Source: a virus (Duplodnaviria > Caudoviricetes). Taken from it: a stretch of 24,853 bases of DNA. Of this stretch, positions 7,806-14,731 are shown one piece after another. The DNA is taken from the IMG/VR virus record IMGVR_UViG_3300008255_000454, positions 1 through 24,853 of that record; one strand, given 5' to 3'. The notes beneath the pieces are model-generated. The model did not search any database and had not been told where the DNA came from. It saw nothing but the letters and a program-made list of their open reading frames with translations. Both the position numbers and the translations under genes were made by a program. The stretch's first letter is position 1; every line of letters starts with the position of its first letter.

Positions 7806-8161
7806 GCGATCAAGACGACACAAAAGAATTGCAAGAAATTCTCCGTCATGTGGTGATGGGGACAGCATCCAACAATCCGGAAATTCAGGGAAGAGCCTTC
7901 GCCCTTCATGACCGGATTTTGATGAAGGAATTGGTTGTGATGAAACCGATTACTCATTCCCAGCCACAGACCGCAGTATATCCGTCTACGGTAGAAATCC
8001 GCCACAACGGAATGAAAGCCAAGATTTCAGGTCAGACAATGAACGCTATCATGGCGGATATCAAAGATGGTAAAATCATTCCAGCTATCAAGACGTTGCG
8101 AATAGAAACGGGATTCGGTTTGAAAGATGCCAAAGACTATATCGAAAGTATTAGACCATGA
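7802..8161 (+). CDS. Protein with a C-terminal ribosomal L7/L12 (bL12) CTD-like domain
   Basis: KIIPAIKTLRIETGFGLKDAKDYIES matches the bL12 CTD consensus KIxVIKxVRxITGLGLKEAKDLVE. Confidence 0.7.
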   Translation: MSDQDDTKELQEILRHVVMGTASNNPEIQGRAFALHDRILMKELVVMKPITHSQPQTAVYPSTVEIRHNGMKAKISGQTMNAIMADIKDGKIIPAIKTLRIETGFGLKDAKDYIESIRP

Positions 8162-8367
8162 AATACAATCCGAATGACCCAACACACCGCACCAAACTCC
8201 TTGACCATTACGCGGCGAATCTTGAAAAAATTCGTCAATTCATACACCAATTCACGCAAGAATTTGAATCGGATTTTGTTTTTGAAGGAACAATCATAGC
8301 GGACGAAGTCCCGTGGAACCCCCTTATTGATTTGTATAAAACAGCAAAGGAAATTAATTTACCATGA
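8158..8367 (+). CDS. Hypothetical protein
   Basis: 69-aa ORF with ATGA overlaps at both ends. Confidence 0.65.
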   Translation: MKYNPNDPTHRTKLLDHYAANLEKIRQFIHQFTQEFESDFVFEGTIIADEVPWNPLIDLYKTAKEINLP

Positions 8368-8738
8368 AACAAGAATTTTATGATCGTATCGCGGAGTTGG
8401 TAGAGGAAGCAGAATTTGGAATCCGGTCCAAGTACACGGAAATCGATAATTTCGCGGTGGCTAATGTCTATGATTGGAAGAACAATCTCCCGGCTTCCGG
8501 TATCGGTTATGTTCAAACGTCACCTGTTTGGTTCCAACTCGTATCCGGTGAATATCTCTTGTTCGCTATTTCCCGTGATCGGTTTGAAAAACTTAATGTC
8601 GCATTGAATATGGGATTTGAAACAAACGAACCTGTGCTGCAGGAATATTCATTGTTTGATGAAGATGCGTGTTACCCGGTGGGATGGGTGTCGCTATCAA
8701 CAGAGGAACTCGTATATGGGGAATGTAAATCAGAATGA
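8364..8738 (+). CDS. Hypothetical acidic protein
   Basis: 124-aa ORF with ATGA overlaps at both ends. Confidence 0.7.
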   Translation: MKQEFYDRIAELVEEAEFGIRSKYTEIDNFAVANVYDWKNNLPASGIGYVQTSPVWFQLVSGEYLLFAISRDRFEKLNVALNMGFETNEPVLQEYSLFDEDACYPVGWVSLSTEELVYGECKSE

Positions 8739-9064
8739 CAAAAATCGAAGAAGAATACAATCAAAGCATGGATGATGTATTACAAACAATTAACCAGGAA
8801 ATTACACAAGCCGAAAGGATTTGTAGGCGTTCATCTACCGCTTCTGTATTCGGGACAATCGCGTTGACTGTCGTTCTTTGGTATCAATATGGGTGGATAA
8901 CCGGTATCTTTAGTCTGTTGATGATTTTGATGATTTCATCCGCTGAAAGTTTGTACAGTCGGGCTGCGGTAAGTTTGAAATTGTTGAGGAACGAAAAGGA
9001 ATTGCATGAATCTCTGGTCAAAAACATTCAACAAACTATATTGAAAACTATTGAAAATGAATAA
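8735..9064 (+). CDS. Membrane protein (2 TM) with coiled-coil-like flanks
   Basis: VFGTIALTVVLWYQYGWITGIFSLLMILMISSA hydrophobic core; ATGA overlap. Confidence 0.7.
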   Translation: MTKIEEEYNQSMDDVLQTINQEITQAERICRRSSTASVFGTIALTVVLWYQYGWITGIFSLLMILMISSAESLYSRAAVSLKLLRNEKELHESLVKNIQQTILKTIENE

Positions 9065-9425
9065 ATCCCTTTTTTCTCAAATGACACAGGATAGGTTGGT
9101 TCCTCATGACAAGATAAAATTTATCACGGATCATGTTCTGTCGCAAATCATTTATGGGGGTGATAAGGGATGGTTGTATGGGTATTATACCGATCATCGC
9201 TTTTACGTTATTTGGCGTATTCCTGAAGCAAAACATTTGAACACCTATGTCGGTATCGTTGTATATCCGCCTGAAATACGAATATATTTTGTTATAGGAG
9301 GACGCCAAATTCATGAATGGACCATTAATGTCATGCACCGGGATATTGATCATAGAATTCACCACGACCCGGAATGGTGGAAGGGTGAAATCTTGAAATT
9401 AATCGATAAATTTCATAAGATGTGA
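9057..9425 (+). CDS. WxIPE-family hypothetical protein #9
   Basis: GDKGW...IWRIPE...PEWWKGEILKLIDKFH. Confidence 0.75.
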   Translation: MNKSLFSQMTQDRLVPHDKIKFITDHVLSQIIYGGDKGWLYGYYTDHRFYVIWRIPEAKHLNTYVGIVVYPPEIRIYFVIGGRQIHEWTINVMHRDIDHRIHHDPEWWKGEILKLIDKFHKM

Positions 9426-9465
9426 TGTACCATTAGGTTATGCTTTGATGAATATTAGATTTTGC

Positions 9466-9493
9466 TTGACAATATCGGGCAATCCGATATACT
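9466..9493 (+). promoter_or_regulatory. sigma70-type promoter P5 with a palindromic operator-like spacer
   Basis: TTGACA (9466-9471), 16 nt, TATACT (9488-9493); ATATCGG-N5-CCGATAT at 9472-9490. Confidence 0.7.
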
Positions 9494-9525
9494 GGGGATG
9501 TTCAGATTAGGGAAAGGACCACCAA

Positions 9526-9585
9526 ATGGACATTGAAATCGTAGGCGACGAAATCGAAGACTTTTTGGAATTCATCAGAGGATAA
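9526..9585 (+). CDS. 19-aa acidic micropeptide MDIEIVGDEIEDFLEFIRG
   Basis: Strong SD (GGAAAGGA) directly after P5; the stop lies 5 nt before the next ATG. Confidence 0.5.
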   Translation: MDIEIVGDEIEDFLEFIRG

Positions 9586-9590
9586 TTGCA

Positions 9591-9821
9591 ATGACACTTA
9601 CAGAAATTGAATTGTTGGAACGTTTGTCACAAGCCGGAACATTGCGGGTTGATTCGTTTGGCAGTAGATTTGATTCTGCCATTGCCAACCTTCAAGATCA
9701 TGGATTCATCAAGATGCATGTGGGTTCGGATAAATTCGTTTCCCCATTTCTCTACGTGACGACTTCCGGGTTTCATGAATTTCATAAGTACAGCATCGAT
9801 CACCACACCGTTTTGGGTTAA
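9591..9821 (+). CDS. Small putative winged-helix DNA-binding protein
   Basis: AIANLQDHGFI...YVTTSG resembles the wHTH recognition helix and wing (L..G.I...Y.T..G). Confidence 0.55.
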   Translation: MTLTEIELLERLSQAGTLRVDSFGSRFDSAIANLQDHGFIKMHVGSDKFVSPFLYVTTSGFHEFHKYSIDHHTVLG

Positions 9822-9825
9822 TATC

Positions 9826-9915
9826 ATGAAAGCCACAGACTATGGATTTTGGATTGCCGCTGGAATGTTTGGCGGGATAATGTTTAAGATGGCAATGGCT
9901 CCTTTGTTTTTTTGA
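9826..9915 (+). CDS. 29-aa hydrophobic peptide MKATDYGFWIAAGMFGGIMFKMAMAPLFF
   Basis: Fills the gap between neighbouring genes; single TM-like segment. Confidence 0.4.
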   Translation: MKATDYGFWIAAGMFGGIMFKMAMAPLFF

Positions 9916-9923
9916 GAACCACC

Positions 9924-10361
9924 ATGACCATATCACAATATTCTCCGGAAACGTATCCGCTTGACTGGTTTGCGTCATACGGATATCTGGCTAACGCCAA
10001 ACCAGAATCCGACTGGCGGTATTTTGTGGTCGATACGATTTTTCAACAGATATTGACAGAAGATAATAAATGGATGCTGCTTGGTCAAATGATCGACCGG
10101 TTGATTTTGCGGTGGAATATTCCGGATCATTATGGCGATCCTCATGACAGACTGGTTATATTTGTGGATTATGCTACTTCGTCAATTTTAGTTTCCACCT
10201 ATACCGATGCCGACTTTAATAATCCAGTATCCCAACAGGTAATTACCAAAGAACAATTTCACACTACCCGCAACAATCTTCACACACCAGATGCATGGAA
10301 GAAAATCATCAACGATGTGCTGGGTGAATATCACACGAAGATGCGAACACCCGTAAGGTGA
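9924..10361 (+). CDS. WxIPE-family hypothetical protein #10
   Basis: IFQQILTEDNKW...RWNIPD...PDAWKKIINDVLGEYH. Confidence 0.75.
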   Translation: MTISQYSPETYPLDWFASYGYLANAKPESDWRYFVVDTIFQQILTEDNKWMLLGQMIDRLILRWNIPDHYGDPHDRLVIFVDYATSSILVSTYTDADFNNPVSQQVITKEQFHTTRNNLHTPDAWKKIINDVLGEYHTKMRTPVR

Positions 10362-10405
10362 ATCATGTTAGTAACTCATAACAGTAAATTTGTGGGTGGC
10401 GGACG

Positions 10406-10774
10406 ATGGGTGAGTCCTCTACTATTTACTGGATGCGATACACAGTCGAAATGGTTTTCCGGGGTATCTTGAATGAATCAAAGGGTTGGTGGACACCAAC
10501 CGATAGTCACGAACAAATTGTTTTTCGCTGGGATATCCCAGAGCACAAATACGCATGGATTGTTATCAACTTTGATACAACACTATCAAGTGTAACAATT
10601 CGTACTGTATTAGACACTGTCACAGAAAGTGGGTTTTATGTTGATGGTATTCATATTATTCTTGAGGATGATGTTCCTGTAGGCACACCATCAAGTGACG
10701 CACAACGATTTTGGATTGATTCAATATTGAAGGTGTTGAGTGATTTTCATGCAAAGATCAACAGCAATGGTTAA
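10406..10774 (+). CDS. WxIPE-family hypothetical protein #11
   Basis: VFRGILNESKGW...RWDIPE...ILKVLSDFH. Confidence 0.75.
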   Translation: MGESSTIYWMRYTVEMVFRGILNESKGWWTPTDSHEQIVFRWDIPEHKYAWIVINFDTTLSSVTIRTVLDTVTESGFYVDGIHIILEDDVPVGTPSSDAQRFWIDSILKVLSDFHAKINSNG

Positions 10775-11120
10775 ATGCTATCACACGTATCTTGTTGCAT
10801 ATATTGATCGTGAAATTGCCCGCTATTATATTTCTCTAATTCCAAAGGCATTTCAAACAAAAGGCACACGATACGCACCTCACATTACAATTGTCCGCTA
10901 TGGTGTAGAATCCGTTACGGATATTTCACTTGCGGATAAATATGATGGAATGGAAGTTGAATTTGAATATGATCCGGTGACATACTTTCATCATCCGTAT
11001 TTCTTCCATGATGTTTTCAGCCGGGATATTGGGGATATTCGCGAATCGTTGGGGATGTTACGATATCGTGACGGATTTGATCGCTATCACTTCACAATCG
11101 GAAACGTAAAAAAATCATGA
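10767..11120 (+). CDS. 2H phosphoesterase (Acb1/T4 gp57B-like or 2'-5' RNA ligase family)
   Basis: Two HxT motifs, APHITIV (His at 10881) and RYHFTIG (His at 11088). Confidence 0.65.
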   Translation: MVKCYHTYLVAYIDREIARYYISLIPKAFQTKGTRYAPHITIVRYGVESVTDISLADKYDGMEVEFEYDPVTYFHHPYFFHDVFSRDIGDIRESLGMLRYRDGFDRYHFTIGNVKKS

Positions 11121-11671
11121 GTTTAACATATAAATCCAAGTATGGTGTGTATGGTGTTGTTTGTGATTTGATTTCAACACTACAACAATCGATTCTTTTG
11201 GAATCGATTGGGTGGGGACGCCCCATGAATAAAACCACATTTGACGTACAAACCGAGACAGCTAAGATTGAATTCGTTTGGAAAATCCCCGAATATCAAG
11301 CATCAAATCGACCATTGTGGTCCAAAGTGGAAAAATCACACATAACTGTGCCAATGAAAATTAAGCCGGAAGACCTAGTGGTACAATTTAACCTGGACTT
11401 CAAATATAATCATAAATGTTCCGTTGATTATTTTTACAATGGAAGACTATCAAAAGAGCCACCGCGACTTGGGGGCATTTTGAATATCCTGACATGCCGG
11501 AGACTAATTGATATGTCATGGAAATCATCCGATCATACTCATCATTTACATTACATGAAGTATACTGATCCGGATCAAAGATTATACCACATGTTCAACC
11601 ATGATTTTGTGAAAGTCTTTCGGGAAGCCACACTCGAAATTCTGAAAGACATTCACGATAACAACGATTAA
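11117..11671 (+). CDS. WxIPE-family hypothetical protein #12 (long, diverged)
   Basis: SILLESIGW...VWKIPE...LEILKDIH; ATGA overlap. Confidence 0.72.
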   Translation: MSLTYKSKYGVYGVVCDLISTLQQSILLESIGWGRPMNKTTFDVQTETAKIEFVWKIPEYQASNRPLWSKVEKSHITVPMKIKPEDLVVQFNLDFKYNHKCSVDYFYNGRLSKEPPRLGGILNILTCRRLIDMSWKSSDHTHHLHYMKYTDPDQRLYHMFNHDFVKVFREATLEILKDIHDNND

Positions 11672-11685
11672 TAGGAATTAACCAT

Positions 11686-12555
11686 ATGTACTTAATGCAT
11701 GACTATGACGACACGTTAGCGAAAATTCTTTCACGCGGGGCTTGGTCCAACAATCGCACGGGAATTCGGACTAAGGCATTGTATGGTGTACAGTGTCGGT
11801 ATAAATTGAATGCCGGTATTTACGGTGGTCCTTACGGATTCCCGTTGGTTACAGTCCGCAAAATGTTTCCCAAATCCGGATTTGCCGAATTGATTTGGTT
11901 TCTTTCAGGTTCGACAAACAATAACGATCTTGTTAAACTCGGTGCGAAATTCTGGACACCGTGGGTCAGTCGTGAATTTGAAGAAGCAAATGGATTTGGA
12001 CCGGGCGATCTTGGCAGCATATATGGTCATCAACTTCGTCACTTTGGATCGGATTACAAAACAAAGGCGGATGGATTCGATCAACTTGCCTACATGGAAA
12101 AGGAAGTTAAAACCAATCCAACCAGTCGGCGTATTTTGTTTTCATTGTGGAATATGAAAGACTATAGTCAAATGCGACTTGCCCCGTGCCATGTTATGTA
12201 TCAGGTATGCATTAATGGCAATGGGGAATTGACCGGGATATTAACACAAAGATCAAACGATGTTTTCGTGGGAGTCCCTGTCAATGTTCAATTTTATTCC
12301 GCATTGACATTAATGTTTGCCCATGTTGGGGGATTCCAAGCGGGCGAATTTGTCCACAACATGAACGATGCTCACATTTACGAAAATCAAATTCCTGCCG
12401 TACAGGAATATTTGGAACGGTCGAGCCACATACTACCCGACTCCCCACAAATTAAAATCAACCACCACGATAATATTTGTGATTACACAGTGGATGATTT
12501 TCACATAATCAACTATAATCCTCTACCAGCAATTCAAGTGCCTATCGCGGTGTAA
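11686..12555 (+). CDS. thyA: Thymidylate synthase
   Basis: NRTG, FPLVT.RK, ELIWFLSG, DLGSIYG, SRR, catalytic LAPCH, QRSND, GVPVN (dUMP-specifying Asn), DAHIYENQ. Confidence 0.95.
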   Translation: MYLMHDYDDTLAKILSRGAWSNNRTGIRTKALYGVQCRYKLNAGIYGGPYGFPLVTVRKMFPKSGFAELIWFLSGSTNNNDLVKLGAKFWTPWVSREFEEANGFGPGDLGSIYGHQLRHFGSDYKTKADGFDQLAYMEKEVKTNPTSRRILFSLWNMKDYSQMRLAPCHVMYQVCINGNGELTGILTQRSNDVFVGVPVNVQFYSALTLMFAHVGGFQAGEFVHNMNDAHIYENQIPAVQEYLERSSHILPDSPQIKINHHDNICDYTVDDFHIINYNPLPAIQVPIAV

Positions 12556-12556
12556 A

Positions 12557-12745
12557 ATGGAACACAGTCAAAAATCATATTCTGAACAGTTGGAAGATTG
12601 TATGAATCAAGCTGAATTTCTTGTAGCCAACAATTACGTTGTTTTACTCCAAACCGAATCAATCGATTCACTGGCTCAAAAGATATTCGACAGGAAATAC
12701 CCAAAATCAAATTCTGATGTTGACAGTCCGAATTTGGTATCATAA
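12557..12745 (+). CDS. Small hypothetical protein
   Basis: 62-aa ORF starting 1 nt after the thyA stop and ending before the terminator. Confidence 0.6.
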   Translation: MEHSQKSYSEQLEDCMNQAEFLVANNYVVLLQTESIDSLAQKIFDRKYPKSNSDVDSPNLVS

Positions 12746-12777
12746 ATACACACGTATCGAGCATTTCTCACTTCCCG

Positions 12778-12813
12778 GACCCCGATTATTAGTTTAGTCG
12801 GGGTCATTTTTTT
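12778..12813 (+). terminator. Rho-independent terminator closing the early/accessory region
   Basis: GACCCCGATTA / TAGTCGGGGTC stem followed by ATTTTTTT. Confidence 0.85.
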
Positions 12814-12814
12814 G

Positions 12815-12822
12815 TATAAATA
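12815..12822 (+). promoter_or_regulatory. T4-type late promoter TATAAATA
   Basis: Exact gp55-dependent late consensus about 50 nt upstream of the gp6 start. Confidence 0.75.
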
Positions 12823-12871
12823 ACGATAGTCGAATCCCCATTTTGCATCGTTATTCATACGGAAATAGGAT

Positions 12872-14725
12872 ATGCCCAACAATAAATCAAGTCTGCGTGT
12901 TACCGAATTAGACTTTGACACAATTAAAAACAACCTGAAGAATTACCTATCCTCACAGGATGTTTTTTCGGATTATGATTTTGAAGGAAGTGCATTAAAT
13001 CTCCTTCTGGATATTCTAGCTTACAATACCCATTATAATGCGTTCTATGCAAATATGAACGCGAACGAATCCTTCATTGACACCGCTGTTGTTCGTAACG
13101 CGGTTGTTTCGTTGGCAAAGGCACTAGGATACACCCCACGATCCACTCGGTCCGCCACAGCCACGGTTGATGTTTCCGGATTGGATTCCGCCGTTACAAC
13201 GCTGGTTAAAACCACGACCTTCACAGGAACCAAAGACGGGGTAACATACAGCTTCGTTCCCAAAGTTGATTATGCCGTTACCGCAAATTCTGTTGATAGT
13301 GTGATTTTGAAAGAAGGTAAATGGGTCAATACAACTTTCATTTATGATTCACAAAATTCAAATCAACGATTTGTTGTCCCGAATGAAACCATCGATACAA
13401 GCACATTGATCGTCACTGTTCAGGATAATGTTTCGTCTTCTACTCGCGTAACATACACTCTAGCCGATGACATTAATGTCCTCACGTCGGACGACGAAGT
13501 GTATTTTCTTCAGGAAGTCGAAAGCGGAAAATACGAAATCTATTTTGGTGATGGTGTTTTAGGCAAGCAATTGACCGATGGTAATGTGATTAAACTTCAA
13601 TACATCGTGTGTAATGGTTCGGATGCCAATAAGATTTCAACATTCACCGGACCGTCCGGATCAACCGTCACCACCTTGACGGCAGCTGGCGGTGGTGATG
13701 AAGCGGAAGATATTGAAAGCATTAAACGCACAGCACCAAAGAATTATCAAGCACAGGGTAGAGCCGTTACAGCACGGGATTATGAAACAGTTATCACCAA
13801 CAATTTTGGTAATGTTTCAAGTGTAAACATTTACGGGGGTGATGAAATTAGTCCACCAGAATACGGTAAGGTGTTTATTTCCCTAAATCCTAAAGAGAAT
13901 TACGTTATTTCGCAAACCGAAAAACAGGAAATATTGGATACCGTTTTGAATTCCCGCAACGTAGTTACGGTTATTCCGGAATTCATTGACCCGGAATTTA
14001 TATTCCTTCGCATAACATCGGCGGTTCGGTTTGACAAAAACAAGACAACACAATCCGCGACGGCACTCGCAAATTCGGTTAAGACCAGCATACTTGCATT
14101 TGCATCATCCAACTTGAATAAATTCAATCAAGAATTTAGATATTCTGGTTTGGTTAAAAAAATCGACAACACAAGCACGGCAATCACTGGCAACCTAACG
14201 GATGTTTTGATGGAAAAATCATTCAACACGACGCCAGGAGTTGTTAATTCGTATTCTGTAAATTTCAACAATCCAATTTTCAATCCACACGTTGGGCATG
14301 TTGGATCATTGTCGAGTGAGCCATTCAAATATGAAGATACAAATGGTGCGATCATCAGCGTGTATGTTGACGATGACGGTGATGAAGAATCGATTGTCGG
14401 AAATAAAATCGGCAATGTCAGAATATACAAGATCGTTAATGGTGAGCGAAAGTACATCAATCGTCAAGCAGGAAGTGTTGAATATGAAACAGGCAAGGTG
14501 ACACTTAATATCAAAGTCCCTTCCCAAACAACATCAATCACGCTGTTGGCTAAACCCGAAAAATATGATATCGTCCCGAAAGCCAACACCATTATTAATA
14601 TTGTTGCATCCGGAATTACGGTTAACGTCACAGCGGAAGGTGAGAAATCGAACGGTGTTCCGATTCATGCGGGGTCCGCGTCGTCCACAAATTCCGGATC
14701 AACACTACGGGGAAGTGGAAAATAA
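12872..14725 (+). CDS. gp6: Baseplate wedge subunit gp6
   Basis: LDFDTIKNNLK..DYDFEGSALNLLLDILAYNTHYNAFYANM..NESFIDTA; YFGDGVLGK; QGRAVTARDY; PPEYGKVFIS. Confidence 0.93.
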   Translation: MPNNKSSLRVTELDFDTIKNNLKNYLSSQDVFSDYDFEGSALNLLLDILAYNTHYNAFYANMNANESFIDTAVVRNAVVSLAKALGYTPRSTRSATATVDVSGLDSAVTTLVKTTTFTGTKDGVTYSFVPKVDYAVTANSVDSVILKEGKWVNTTFIYDSQNSNQRFVVPNETIDTSTLIVTVQDNVSSSTRVTYTLADDINVLTSDDEVYFLQEVESGKYEIYFGDGVLGKQLTDGNVIKLQYIVCNGSDANKISTFTGPSGSTVTTLTAAGGGDEAEDIESIKRTAPKNYQAQGRAVTARDYETVITNNFGNVSSVNIYGGDEISPPEYGKVFISLNPKENYVISQTEKQEILDTVLNSRNVVTVIPEFIDPEFIFLRITSAVRFDKNKTTQSATALANSVKTSILAFASSNLNKFNQEFRYSGLVKKIDNTSTAITGNLTDVLMEKSFNTTPGVVNSYSVNFNNPIFNPHVGHVGSLSSEPFKYEDTNGAIISVYVDDDGDEESIVGNKIGNVRIYKIVNGERKYINRQAGSVEYETGKVTLNIKVPSQTTSITLLAKPEKYDIVPKANTIINIVASGITVNVTAEGEKSNGVPIHAGSASSTNSGSTLRGSGK

Positions 14726-14731
14726 TAGACA

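Noticed and set aside
10365-10472. Upstream ATG at 10365 as a frameshifted start of WxIPE #11
   Set aside because: No slippery tract or homology supports it; 10406..10774 already contains the whole domain.
11686-12555. dCMP/dUMP hydroxymethylase (DNA hypermodification) suggested by the RSND motif
   Set aside because: The protein has full canonical ThyA architecture and the dUMP-specifying Asn (GVPVN). RSND also occurs in ordinary ThyA, and there are no modification genes nearby.
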